Of a DNA stretch of 64,000 nt, positions 13,881 through 28,240 are shown piece after piece. Both the position numbers and the translations under genes were made by a program. The notes beneath the pieces were generated by a model. That model worked only from the letters and a program-made list of their open reading frames with translations, was not told where the DNA came from and searched no databases. Source of the DNA: Eledone cirrhosa (taxonomy: Eukaryota); contig OZ024741.1 of assembly GCA_964016885.1 (NCBI GenBank), forward strand, positions 226,486,001 to 226,550,000, read 5' to 3'. Position 1 is the first letter of the stretch. Every line of letters starts with the position of its first letter.

Positions 13881-15747
13881 TTAATGTATCCTTCCTTTGT
13901 GTTGGTTTTTGTTTTGATGATTTTGTTGTTGTCTTTAAATCTGTATGGTGTGATTTTAGAGAGATTTCAATTGCTATTTACATCAGGTCGATTGGCCATG
14001 TTGATTCTTCCTTATTGACTACTTTTGCTTTTGTCATGTGTGTGGTTTATAATTATTTTTTTTAATGGGTAGGGATGTTTTTCTTTTGCTTTTTTTTTTT
14101 TTTTTAGTAAGTAGATCCATACATTTATCACTAACTATACATGCTGAGAATAGAAGTCTTCTTTGAGATACACAAAGACAAAATAGAAGATCTCAAGCGA
14201 TATCGTATAGTAATAACTAGAAGGAAAAGAGATTAGAAGTGAAAACGAAACAAATGGCCCGAAACATCGCGCAATGTTACTCAGAGATACGCATTAATAA
14301 AGTATGTATTTTATCGATCTTGGAAATATCAAAAGCAAAGTCAACCCCGTTTGGATTTGTATTTAAAACATACAACCTCGTAACTAAGTATTCTATTTTA
14401 TCTACTCAACAGAATATAGCATCCACTGCTTTTCAACCACTAAACAGTCTATTAACCGAGCAACGGCAATAAATATTCATCTCTTTCTCGTTCTCTGATG
14501 AAGCAATCTGACTGAACCTAAAACTTCTCTTCTCTATAACGACGTGAAATATATTCCACAGTTTGAACATTTTGCATTTCTATTTACTGACATAGGCCAT
14601 CTCTGGTTTCCTCTGATTCTACTGTTTCACTACGAGCTTATGAATAATGCTAAGAAACTCTAAATCAGGGTGTATGAGAATCCAAAGCTGGGGCTATGCG
14701 ACTCGGTTTCTAGTAACATTTTCTATAAATAAATATGATTTTCTTTCGTCTTCTGTTCCCAGTTAGGAGTATATAAATTCAAAACAGCTTTATGAAATAC
14801 AAGAAAAAAGGAGATCACGGGTTACATCATGTAGAAATAGAAAAAAGTGAAAAAATAAAAAGATGAAGCTAAACATTAGTCAATGTTTCTCTGAGCACCT
14901 TAACAAGGGGGCTTCTACCTGGTCGCTTGCCCAACTAGAAATATTAGCTTAATCAGCTTTTAATTACATTCTCCCATCTTAAATAACTACGGACACATTT
15001 GATTACACAGTAGCCTCGCAAAAAAGATGGAATGTTCATGATTTGAATGCTACAGATCAAGAACAGGTCTCAAACATAGATCAGCAGAAAAAAGCAAAAA
15101 TTTCGTTGACCAGTGTAATCTATAAAATAGAAAAAGGTTAATTTATATCTTATCCCACTCCATAATGAGTCTATCCTGAAATTCAAAGAATTAAGGTGAA
15201 CCTGAAATAGAATGTGGTTGAATGAGAATCATGCCTTTGAATTGAATTAGTATTCATCAATTTACAACATATTTAGCAAGAGAGGTCCAAATAGATTTTT
15301 CACTGACCGATGGATATTCTAACATTGGGAAACCACATTTAGTATCATTTGATTTATTGTTGGCTAATCAGAGGTCATTGATGAACATATCCTGTTTGGC
15401 TATTAACCCATCATTGGCAATTTCAAGTATTCTTCAAGTATTCTAATATAATATTAGATATTAGTTGACGTAAACTGAAATATGCTTCAAGTAAAGGCTT
15501 TGAAAAACGATGTGGGTTAGAGGTTATGTTTCAATATGTTCAGTTTTGAATTGTTTCGTTCTTTAATTAAATATTTTAGCATGGCAAGCCGACAAATATT
15601 TAGGTAATGAATGTTAGTTGGAAGACTTATGTTCAAATACATTAGGAAGTCAATTAGCTTGAGCAGCTACATTCGAATGAAGATTGGAATGAATAAACTC
15701 TGTTTCACTTGGAGACACTGTTAAACTGCACGAGAAGAATCCCCCCC

Positions 15748-15807
<60 letters not shown>

Positions 15808-16018
15808 GGAAAAAATGAAACGAAATTTCATTTCTCACTCTTAGTACGGCTGTTACTTAAATATAAGTATGTATACGTACATACGTATATGTATACAGAC
15901 GTACAGTAGTATACATACTTATATTTAAGTAACAGCCGTACTAAGAGTGAGAAATGAACTTTCGTTTCATTTTTTCCGTTTATCGTTTTCGGTACCCCCG
16001 CCGATAAACTCACTCGAT

Positions 16019-16066
16019 ATGCAAATTAGGCTGCTCAGCCGTTAATATGCATAAGGAAAGTATATA
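16019..16066 (+). promoter_or_regulatory. Putative octamer plus TATA promoter of the HHR unit
   Basis: ATGCAAAT at 16019 and TATATA at 16061, upstream of GGCAGG at 16088; same spacing at 45125-45195. Confidence 0.5.
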
Positions 16067-16087
16067 CTTTCAGACGTTCAACCATCT

Positions 16088-16152
16088 GGCAGGAAGGTAT
16101 ACGTTGCTGACGATAGCTAATAAGCTGGAAACTAGTACAGCGTTCCCTTGTC
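16088..16152 (+). ncRNA. Type I hammerhead ribozyme, intact core
   Basis: GGCAGGAAggtat-ACGTTG-CTGACGA-TAGCT aata AGCTG-GAAA-CTAG-TA-CAGCGT-TCCCTTGTC; palindromic ACTAGT stem III, GUA site. Confidence 0.9.
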
Positions 16153-16898
16153 AGTGTTGAACAAATGAGCAACGATGGTTGCTAGACAAAGGACGGCTTA
16201 ATTCGGGATGTTTGTTTACAAACACACCGAGCATTATAATAAATGTTCGGTGAATCCATACGTACATATATATATATGTGTGCATGTATGTATATATATA
16301 TATACATACTACTGTACGTTTGTATACATATATGTATGTACGTATACATACTTATATATATATATATATATATATATATGGGGAGGGTCATATTTGTGTA
16401 ATATTGCCAGAATTAATAACAGAACACACTCACTAGTCACCCATCACACAGCAAACAAAACACTACACACACGCAAACGCATGCGCAAAGAAGACAAAAT
16501 AAAATAAACAAACAAGCAAATAAATAAATAAATATATAGACAGACTGAATAAAAATGGCGTAGACATATAATACAACAGGAGGAAACGATAACACCACTG
16601 ACGATGTTGCAGATGTGCAACGAAAGATTTATAATAAACTATATATATGTGTTTGTGTCTATATTGTATCTGTATTATTTTTGACCGTCGGTCAGTCAAT
16701 GGCAACATTGAGGACCGAGTAAGTTAGATTACCGATATAAAAGACACGGAAGCGAGAAGCGAAAACCAACCAAACAGTGAGTGTGTTCTGTTATTGATTC
16801 TGGCAATATTACACAAATATGACCCTCCCCAAGTATAACAATATTTGTTTCGACACACGATTTCATATAAAAAACTTCGCAAAACTAATTCATCGCTG

Positions 16899-16963
<65 letters not shown>

Positions 16964-16975
16964 TAACAGATTAAA

Positions 16976-17024
16976 GTTTAAGCAAAGAATCGCTGCTTTC
17001 ACCCTTAACGGGATCTTCTGAAAC
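16976..17024 (-). ncRNA. Hammerhead-like motif with A4 core (CAGAAGA); 7 copies in the window
   Basis: GTTT-CAGAAGA-tCCC gttaa GGGt-GAAA-GCA gcgattctt TGC-TT-AAAC. Confidence 0.7.
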
Positions 17025-18089
17025 TAAAAAAATCAATCTGTGAACGCAGAAGTAAATATTTCGAAAGACATTGCAACCCAAGGAAGACAGGAAGACGATA
17101 CTTTGGTTCGTAAGACGTACCCTGACAAAGAACGAAAAAAAAAACGAAGATAATTGCTGGCCTTGTGCCAAAAGTAGAAATAATTATTTGGAGCGGTGAG
17201 AACAATTACACACAAAGACAAAACGACGTTTATGGTATAAATGAATTCGTAGACTAATATTCTATTTAGGTGGTTCGTGGAGACGTTCCCTGGCAATGAA
17301 CGGAAAAAACGAAGATAATACGTCATTATGTGGAACGGTGAGAACAATTAGATGCAAAGACAAAACCACGTCTATAGTATAAATGAAGTCGTAGACTAAA
17401 ATTATATTTAGGAAACAGAAAGATTCTCGGCTTCAGAGTTAAAAATAAAGTAAATAAATTACAGAGGTTATTGAAATCAACAATAATCAAATATATTCAT
17501 GCACGCATCCATATACGTATATACACATGCATACGTGAAAACACTCGCCGTGGGTATGCAAATATAAGCACGTACACAAAAACACGCGCGCACATACAAA
17601 AACCCACGCAACGCCTGTACCCGCACACATACCAGCGTATCCACCAGACACACATAAAAATATATATCAAAATATATATATATATGTGTGTGTGTGTGTG
17701 AGCGTGTATACATATAATTATATAAAAGTATATAAATATACACACACAAATACGTATATAACGCGCGCGCATACTCACCTACATGTAAATACACATATGT
17801 TCGCAAAACGTACGTCAACCAATACACACACCCTACATACGTGCAGACCCGCATACACACACAGACGCAAAACGCACGTATACACATAACCATATACGCA
17901 TAAACCAGTATATATGATATAATATATACGCCAATAACAAGTACAAGCAAATATACGTACGAGAAAGTATACGTACCTTCGCAAAACATACAGGTAATAT
18001 ATACTTACCTATACAAATAAGTAATGGTATAAACATAACATATACTTAGCTACCACATCCAGGCGTAAAGTATCCGCGTATAGTTCGTA

Positions 18090-18920
18090 CTATCCGTTAG
18101 GGTATAATGTGGGGCTGTAATACAGGAAAGTTTTTTGCAATTTATGTTTACAAGACGAAATTGCCTCAGATTTTTTGTTTAAGTAGTGGTCTGTGGCGTA
18201 GAGTATTACCAGGGCCTCAGCGGCGCAGAGGTCACATGGTCTTTTATTTCCGTTATACGATCTAGCCCTAGCTAGGATCTCCCAGTATAACCTATATTGG
18301 GTGTGGTTGTCTTTTAAACTCCAGATATAAGCTGAAAGTGACGTCATATTCCTTCTTAAAGGGTTAAGAAAAGAATAGAATGGGTATGCATGTAAAGACG
18401 CTGCTTGAATCTATTGGCGGTTAACCCTACGTAGGCCCTACGGGACGTGGGTGTTTCAACCTTACATTTGTAGACAATGTTACTAGAGAGGCATTTCCCG
18501 GATAACGGGCAATCAACCCGATTCCTACAATTACAGTTAGTACTATCTACAGGGTTGCACGTGTTCCTACAGTTAGGTAATTTAGCTAAATTTGAAGCAG
18601 TGATGTTATGTGCAAGGTTAGGAGTCGTAGAGTAAGAAATTTTAATGGTATTTCTATTAAAAACTTTATTATATGCTGGGGTGCAAATGCTTCATAATCA
18701 AGGAGAGAAAGATATTAGCTAATGCTGTGGCCACCTCCATATTATATGGTGAGTTATACCATATAATGCGTCGGGATCTATTTTTCCTAGGTCTATGTTC
18801 ATATTCGGTGTATGCTACCTTATCGACAAATCCACTCCGAGCAAGAGCCTCATTGTAATACGGGGAATGATCGCTGAAAATATGCTCGCTTGTAGATAGA
18901 CGGGAAAGCCTCAAAGAAAC
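18090..18920 (-). pseudogene. Penelope-like element, Naiad-type: RT thumb, Zn finger and GIY-YIG endonuclease (5' truncated, frameshifted)
   Basis: RRIIWYNSPYNMEVAT; CNCRNRVDCPLSGKCL; IVYKC...YVGLTANRFKQR; LSAYIWSLK..WEIL..CDLC..LNKKSE..CKH. Confidence 0.88.
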
Positions 18921-19084
18921 GATGGTTGCTAGACACTGTACGGCTTAATTCGGGATGTTTGTTTACAAACACACCGAGCATTATGTTCGGTGAATCCATA
19001 CGTACATATATATATGTGTGCATGTATGTATATATATACATACTACTGTACGCCTGTATACATATACGTATGTACGTATACATA

Positions 19085-20099
<1,015 letters not shown>

Positions 20100-20298
20100 G
20101 ATAAATCTACCAAGAGTTTACGGTAGTCTCCAATCCGTATGAAGAACTCAATGTAATCCGGATATCATGGAAAGAAGAGATGCAATGAAAAATCACTTTC
20201 GGTGAAAGATAAACGGAATACAGAGTCAAGATAAAATGTTTAAAAAATAATGAATAAAACAATGAAACAGTTCCTTATATTAAACAAAAAAAGTTCAT

Positions 20299-20442
20299 TA
20301 TTTAACGATCGTTTCTGGGATATATATGTGTTAGAATTGGCATGTATATTTAACAGATCTATGTACAAAATTATACAAAATTATACAAACTATCAAAATT
20401 AAATATACACACCAACTCATATATATGCCGTCTTCAGAAATA
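20299..20442 (-). ncRNA. Type I hammerhead with about 120-nt stem II
   Basis: TATTT-CTGAAGA-[long imperfect hairpin]-GAAA-CGATCG-TT-AAATA. Confidence 0.7.
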
Positions 20443-20542
20443 GATTATTATGAAATCGATTCTGCAGTAGAATTTTACGAAATGCCAAACCGAAAAAGGT
20501 CACTGTCTTCTAACAAAAGAAATAAAACCCTTACATTGCGAA

Positions 20543-20956
20543 CCCCCTGTTCTAATACTGGGGTTGGTTATTTCTTCCTCTTCTAAAAAACGTCTAATAT
20601 ATAGAGGCCCCTCTTGCTGACCAGGGCAATCAAAGTGTAAACTATCATACAAACCTTCATAATATGCATTTTCAAACTTGCATATCATCGACATTGCTAT
20701 TTCGCTGTTAATAAACAAGGCTTTTCACGTCGCTCCACTTCTCATTGTACGCCGTCCAGCCCCAAGTGCATATTTCTATTTTTTTTCCTGAAACGGCTTC
20801 TTTATAATAAACTTTCAATAATATTTTTCAAATTATTGGTACTGTATGTTAACAGCGAAAGAACGTTGATGAGTTTAAAAATTTGTATGAAATTGTAAAT
20901 AAGACAATGAATATGCGACTACGGAAAATAACTCATCTAAGTATTAGAACAGGGGG
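20543..20956. mobile_element. MITE-like element with terminal inverted repeats
   Basis: CCCCCTGTTCTAATACT ... AGTATTAGAACAGGGGG (17-bp perfect TIR, imperfect extension); no clear TSD. Confidence 0.65.
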
Positions 20957-21696
20957 AAATAACTCACCGAACGCGATAGTAAATAGACCGTTTTGGGGCC
21001 CCAGGGACCACATTTTTCAAGTTATAGATTTGAAACCTCGTGTATTTTCTTCCTTGGTACTTTTTACATAGGTGTGTAAATTTTCCTGTCCGTCCGACCA
21101 CGTCTACTACCATTTAACTGTGCACAACTGAATTTCAACCACCACCCATTTCACAAATATATATTAGATATCGTCTTTTTTTAATGTATCATGGATTACG
21201 TTACTGATTACATAAGACAGTGTAACAACATCTTCGTTCAATTTCTGTTTATATTGTCAATTACTATTATATTTGATGTATCATATCTACATGTATATAT
21301 ATACTTGCGTATAATATCAATATACACACTACACATGCCAGCAGAAAACCACACGATGGGTGGTTTTTCTTCTAGTATATATAACGAAGGAAGTGTGGCA
21401 AGGAACCAGGTGGACCATAACGCATCAGAGTACTCAATACTTAGGGTAGTAGAGTAGGAAATTGGAAAATGTTCAAGACAGCGACGGCAGAGCTCAAGCC
21501 GTTTCGACGGTCCAGAAATAGCCGACTTGAACTCTGCCGTCGGGGTCTTGAACATTTTCCCATATATATGTGTATATATACATATATATATAATAGGTAA
21601 AAAAGAGGATTAACACAGATAAGCGGTACAGTAGTGTTTATTTCAACCATTGACATACGTTTCATCACTTAGAAGTGTGTGTGTGTTCTGGTTTCA

Positions 21697-22690
21697 TGTG
21701 GATTGGCAGTATCGGTAGAGGGTCGGACGCCATGCTTTCCAGCATAGTTACGTCCCTTTACGGTCTGAGTTGAAATCCCGCCGAGGTTAACTTTGCCTTT
21801 CATCCTTACGGGTCGATAAAATAAAGTACCAGTAATATACTGGGTAATTGCTGGCCTTGTGCCTAAAGTAGAAACAATTATTATTTGTGGATTGGCAGTA
21901 TCGGTGGAGGGTCGGACGCCATGCTTTCCAGCATAGTTACGTCCCTTTACGATCTGAGTTCAAATCTCGCCGAGGTTAACTTTGCCTTTCATCCTTACAG
22001 GGTCGATAAAATAAATTCCAGTAATACACTGTGATAATTGCTGGCCTTGTGCCTAAAGTAGAAACAATTATTATTTTTACCAATAGGGTGGTGGATTGGC
22101 AGTATCGGTAGAGAGTCGGACGTCATGCTTTGACGCATAGAGTTACGGCCCTTTCCATTCTGAGTTCAAATCCCGCCGAGGTCAACTTTGCTTTTCATCC
22201 TTACGGGGTCGATAAAATAAAGTACCAGTAATGTACTAGGTAATTGCTGACCTTGTGCCAAAAGTAGAAACAATTATTATTTTTACCAAGGAAGTGGATT
22301 GGCAGTATCGGTAGAGGGTCGGACGCCATGCTTTGCAGCAAAGAGTTACGGCCCTTTATGGTCTGAGTTCAAATCCCGCCGAGGTTAACTTTGCCTTTCA
22401 TCCTTACGGGGTCGATAAAATAAAGTACCAGTAATACACTGAGATAATTGCTGGCCTTGTGCCAAAAGTAGAAACAATTATTATTTTTACCAATAGGGTG
22501 GTGGATTAGCAGTATCGGTAGAGGGTCGGACGCCATGCTTTGACGCATAGAGTTACGGCCTTTGCCATTCCGAGTTCAAATCCCGCTGAGGTTAAATTTG
22601 CCTTTCATCCTTACGGGGTCGATAAAATAAAGTACCAGTAATGCACTGGGATAATTGCTGGTCGTGTGCCAAAAGTAGAAACAATTATTA
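21697..22690 (+). mobile_element. Head-to-tail array of five Nin-domain tRNA SINEs
   Basis: Units start near 21697, 21887, 22087, 22293, 22497, each with A/B boxes and GTAGAAACAATTATT tail. Confidence 0.93.
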
Positions 22691-22691
22691 T

Positions 22692-22920
22692 TTTTACCAA
22701 TAGAGAGAGCGAGAGTCGGTTTCCAAAGTAGGCACAAGACTCTTTCGTTTGTATTTAGACAACATCAACTAGGTAAATATTTATGCATGTCTGCATGCGT
22801 GGTTGTATGTGTGAGTGCACGTGTGTGTTTACAGGTATGTCATTTTATGTGTGGATCTATAGGCTTTGAGTTATATGTGTGCACTCGCATATGTTTTGTA
22901 TTTATATATGTACGATTGTA
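22692..22920 (-). mobile_element. R4-family 3' UTR fragment
   Basis: Matches 31365-31560 (TTTTACCAATAG..GAGAGTCGGTTTC..CAAGACTCT..ACAACATCAACTAGGTA). Confidence 0.7.
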
Positions 22921-22929
22921 TGTATGTAT

Positions 22930-23281
22930 GTATCCAATGGCATCTCTGATGGTATCCAATGATATTGACTTGTTCTTCTTTTTGGTAAATATCAACTTGG
23001 TTAAGAGAGTGGGACTGGCTTTGTGCAGTGCCTTTGCTCACTATAAAAGCTTCACGGCACAGGCATTGCTTTATATCTGGAGATCTCTGTGCACTTGACG
23101 TCACATGGTAGCATGGGCCCACCACTATGTGTCAATAATTGTCACAGGTGTAGTGTTTGTACCAGAATTTTCAAGTCGCTGGCTGGACTAAAAAGTCACA
23201 CTCGTTCAGCGCATCGGTAGGGGTTCTCCTACATGGATATAAAGTAGTGGCCGTACTCGAAAACGAGTTGGCAGCCACCAT
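22930..23281 (+). mobile_element. Non-autonomous LINE-derived element ending in hairpin plus (TATG)n (5'-truncated copy of 53280-53892)
   Basis: Near-identical to 50475-50840 and 53550-53890; ends GTGGCCGTACTCGAAAACGAGTTGGCAGCCACC-ATGTATG. Confidence 0.8.
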
Positions 23282-23399
23282 GTATGTATGTATGTATGTA
23301 TGTATTTATATACACACACATATATATATATATAAAGCAGTATGTTATTTGAAGGCTAAATGGGCAGTTGATTTCGGAATAAATTGAAGGCAACAAAGA

Positions 23400-26275
23400 A
23401 GTTGGTGTGCGCCACTTATTATTTTCTTTACCTGTCCTAATATTTTGGGTCTAAAGCCCTTCATTAGAAGACTATAATAAGAAACTGGGTCGGAGGTCGT
23501 GCTATTGTCGATACCAGTACATCATTTTTCCTTCCTTGTTTATAGCTGTTGGAAATGACGTCGTCTGTGGCCTGACGTGTATAATGTGCGCGTGTGTGCG
23601 TGTTCATCTCAAATTTTGTCTGCTTTTGTTTATGTTTTTATGTCAAAGTTTTTAATGAAAATGTTGTGTCAAGATTGTATAGTTTAGCTATTCCGGATTG
23701 AATTATGAGTTTGGACTTGTATATGCATACATGTATATGTTGAATGTTGTATGTTTAGTAGTAATTTTCTTTCTAGTTGGCTAATATGCGTGTGTGCATT
23801 ATTATGTCAGACGTTACGTGTGTGCACTTTTATGTTAAGTATTGCGTGCTGAGTTCTAATCTGTTTTTATTTGTGGGTTTAACCGGGCTATTTGGATTCC
23901 TTCTTTGATTCTAAGGTTGTTTAGATTTCTCTCCGTGGCTTCAATAGTAACTGTTATGTTGTTTTGTTTTTTTTGTTGTTTTTTATTTAATAGTTTCCTG
24001 AAGAAGGATGGGTGTGTATTGAGATGTCCTTTAATGTGGGTGTGAAGAGGTCTAATATTACTACTGATGTGATGTCCCTGAATTTGTCACATTGAATGCG
24101 GTATATTACATATGTTCGCTGGGAAATACCTGTGTCACGAATAGGGACGTTTGCCATTGTGCATTGGCTGTTGTTGTCCCTGGGTCGCTTTTTTGATACT
24201 TTGTCTCGTAGAGAAGGGCCGGAGTGGACTAATTGTATATCTAGTCCCTCTTTACAGATGGCTGCGGATCGCCGTGGATATATTTTGACTGAAGTGTGGT
24301 AATTTCAGGAAGCAGGTATTGGAGGAGGTCCTATCCTTCCGGTGACCCGGGCCCCTAAAATGATTCAAGGCAGATGCTGGGTATTTTTTTACTTTAATGT
24401 TTCGTGGGGTTGGCTTCGTCCTACACCTTGATGCATTTATTCCGGATACGTGTGAGGTTAATCCTCACCTATCCGCTTTTAGTACCGAGGAGAGGGTCGA
24501 TTTACAATGTAAAAACAGGTTTCTGCAGGTGACTTTCCTGTACAAGTTGGTGTGGATGTTATTTTTCTTCGTTAGGCTCAGTTGGAAGTTGAGTAGGGAC
24601 AGTGATCCAGCTTTGTCAGTATTTTCAACACTAGAACGTGTATTACCGACCACGTTCGCGAACGTCATGGATATCTTATCGGCCTCTTCACGGGAGGACG
24701 TGAGGATAAGAATATGGTCTATGTACCCAGTGAAAAAGGCACATGTATAACAGCGGTTGAGCGTACGACATCCATGCTGGCCAGTAGTCCAGATAGGCTA
24801 AATCCCGTGGGTAGACCTATTCTCTGTTTGTAGGTGTGGTGAAGGAAGGAGAAGGTGTTGTCCATGTTGATGGATATGAATCGGTGTATGTCGGATGCGG
24901 TGAGTCCGAATCAGTATATGTTGTGAGAAATGATGCAGTTAGTAACTAGGTTGACAGCTGGGTGAGCCGGTACTGATATGTAGAGGGAAAGCGCGTCAGA
25001 GCTAAATGTGTATATATTACGTCTAAGTTGTTCTGATGGTAGTTGGCAGAGTCTGTCGGTGCTGCTGAAATATCCGAAAGAGGTCGAAACTACAGGCTTG
25101 AGGATCTGAGAAAGTAGCCAGGAGATTTTGTCGAAGGGCCCACCTATGCTAGAAACAATGGGTCTAATCTGGAGTTCAGTACCCGTTTTGAGGTTTTTTA
25201 TGAGGTGGGAGAATGTAAGTAATCTACTGTTCCTAATGGTGAGGTTGCTTTTGTATTCATTAGGAAGTTGTTTCCGTTTATAGATATCAGTTCAGGCCGT
25301 GTTGATGTGCTCTTCGATCTGCTTTAGCGTTATCTCTGTTGTTTCTGAATATAGTCCATCGTTGCTGAGGTGTTCGAAGGCCTGGTTGGTATATGTCTCA
25401 TGAGCGACAACGCAGAAACTCTTTCCCTTTATCAGAAAGGAGTTATACGAGCTCCTTCTCACGTAGGTTTATTTAGGACGAGTTGTGTGTCCTAGAGAGG
25501 TTTAGTGTATCCTTTTTAGTCTCCGTAGATGGTGAAAATAGACTGTTTGAGATCGAGATCATTGTTGCCGGTGTTTTAGTGAAGGAATTCGTCGCAGGAA
25601 TTGTTGTTGTTAATGATCGATAGCCAGCTCGGCAAGAACTAGCCACATGGTCGAGCCTTACTTTGTCCTCAGGTTGTGAAAGAATGGATTTAGGGCCAAG
25701 ACTGAGGAGCTCGAATTCTTCGCGTGACAGCGACCCTGCTTTGTCTGTGACGATAGGTTTCGTTTGAAGTGGTGTCTGGGCATTCGTTGGTAGTAGTCTC
25801 AGAGGTGGAGTTGTCTTGTCTGTCCGCATCGGTTTGCCGGAAAGAACTGTTGTTGCGGTGGTGTTTATTGTAAACCCGCTTGATTTTCGCTTTTAGGCGT
25901 TTCTTCTGCTTTACAAGGTGGTGGTAGCATTTGTCGATTGCTGCGGTTGTTTCTCGGAGCAGGGATTTCAGAGTTAAGTAGTTTAAGTCTAGGTGGGTGG
26001 AAGCATGTTAGTAGGTTATTTATGGCTGCTGGAAGTGCTCTCGTCTTTGGACTCACGTGTATAATATTATGTGTGCTTGTGTGCGATCTTATGTTAAATA
26101 CTGTGAGCTTTTGTTTATATTTTCATGTTAAATATTTTATGCAAATGTGTCAAGTTGCAATAGATTGAATAGTTTAGCTATTCCGGATTCAATTAAGTGT
26201 TTGGATTTGTGTAAGTATGTGTGTATATGTTGAATGTTGTGTTTGTTTCGGGTTGTAATTGTCTTTAGAGTTGGC
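23400..26275 (-). mobile_element. Degenerate Penelope-like element (Poseidon-type) with direct pLTR repeats
   Basis: LLSLGPKS, IRPIVSSIGGPFDKISWLLSQILKP, GLPTGFSLSG, LYRKVTCRNLFLHCKS fragments; direct repeat 23660-23790 vs 26150-26275; decayed HHR CTAATGAAGGGCTTTAGACCCAAAA near 23445-23472. Confidence 0.85.
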
Positions 26276-26289
26276 TATATATATATATA

Positions 26290-26551
26290 TACAAATAGAG
26301 ATTCAGCGAGAATCGCATTTCGGCGGGCAGGAAAGGCGAAGCGAAACGCAAAAATCAGAAATGATACTGGCAAAGTGCTCAATAGTTAAAAACCATAGCT
26401 AAACAATGTGTTAAGAAGCCATACAAAACTGAAAAGGTGGTCAAGAAGGCATTAACCACCCAAGCCAAAAGCCAAATCAAGCTAAACAGGTCAAAACAAA
26501 ATAAATGATAAAAAATAAATGATAACCAGACCTGGACTCTCGGAATTGTTG

Positions 26552-26555
<4 letters not shown>
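26290..26555 (+). repeat. Unclassified TA-flanked repeat (second copy 41440-41690 minus)
   Basis: GATTCAGCGAGAATCGCATT..GCGAAACGCAAAATCAG..CTAAACAAT.TGTTAA..GTGGTCAAGA.GGCATTAACCACC in both. Confidence 0.7.
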
Positions 26556-26609
<54 letters not shown>

Positions 26610-26984
26610 ATTTATTTTCTTTTGGTCGTTTGGAAGCCTCAACAATGCAGATGGGTAATTCTCTGGGTAACAGCATCCGGTGGTGAAGAGAGAGATGTAA
26701 GGGAATGTAGAATGAGATGTATAGTGTGTAGAGGAACGTAGGAGAGAGCGTAAACAATAAAAATAAAAACCTTGGGAGAGATTTAATTGTCCCTATATTT
26801 CGGATTCGCATCCATCAACTGGGGGGTTTTCCGTGGGAGTGGGTTATCTGTTGGGACGAACGGTACGTGTCCTCTGCTGTTCGCTGTTTTTGACTAACTG
26901 GGGTATTCAGCAGAGCGCGTGTGCGCGCGGAATAAGGGCGGTCAAGCAGAGGTCGACCGTCGAAATAGTCCTTTTAATTTTATA

Positions 26985-27028
<44 letters not shown>

Positions 27029-27049
27029 AAGGTTTACATATATATATAT

Positions 27050-27807
<758 letters not shown>

Positions 27808-28165
27808 ATTAAGAAACGGAGTTAAAAACAAACTCGCGTTGATCCCCTTTAATTTAATGAGCTCAAGGAATAAAATCCTCGTGTATTTTTCTCTATATCC
27901 TGTCTTATAAAGAGCCCGGATTCTGTTCCTTCAGCTCATTAAATTACAGAGGATTAACGCGAGATTTTAATTTGATATATTGGCTCCTAATTCATTTCTT
28001 TATGTAAGTAGAGCTTCTCTAGTTGAATGGTTCTGGGCAGCTATTTCTAGCGGTCTTTCAGTCCATTCACACCACTATGGACTATGTAACATACATGTTT
28101 AACTTCTCCTTTCACTATTTTAGTTATCTGATATTATTTTAGAAGTGTGGACCATACTGTTTTAT

Positions 28166-28240
28166 ACCTGTTGATGAGCCCTTGGTATGGGATCCTCATT
28201 TTTTATAGTGAAACATTCTCTTATTAGAGTTTGTCCAGGT
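28166..28240 (+). ncRNA. Type I hammerhead motif (U3 variant, long stem III)
   Basis: ACCTG-TTGATGA-gc..gt-GAAA-CATTCTCTtattAGAGTTTG-TC-CAGGT; weak stem II. Confidence 0.55.

Larger units (their letters stand above)
15800..16360 (+). mobile_element. About 440-bp HHR-bearing terminally redundant unit (retrozyme/pLTR-like) with inverted 5' segment
   Basis: Begins and ends with ATACATACTTATAT; 15800-15910 is an inverted copy; other copies at 18920-19090, 28400-28830 (minus), 28840-29075, 40310-40825 (minus). Confidence 0.85.

Noticed and set aside
18090-18540. Selenocysteine recoding as reported for some Naiad elements
   Set aside because: The conserved Cys positions read here (CNC, CPLSGKC, CDLC, CKH) are TGT/TGC, not TGA.
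21697-22690. CRISPR-like regular array
   Set aside because: Units are about 190-bp Pol III SINEs without unique spacers or cas genes, in eukaryotic context.
23230-23281. HDV-like ribozyme on the minus strand at the GTGGCTG/CGGCCAC hairpin
   Set aside because: Comparison with the 35160 and 49090 variants shows a simple nested hairpin, not a double pseudoknot.
26425-26470. HHR-like CTGAAAA GGTGGT..ACCACC motif
   Set aside because: Only stem II forms; no GAAA or stem I in either copy.
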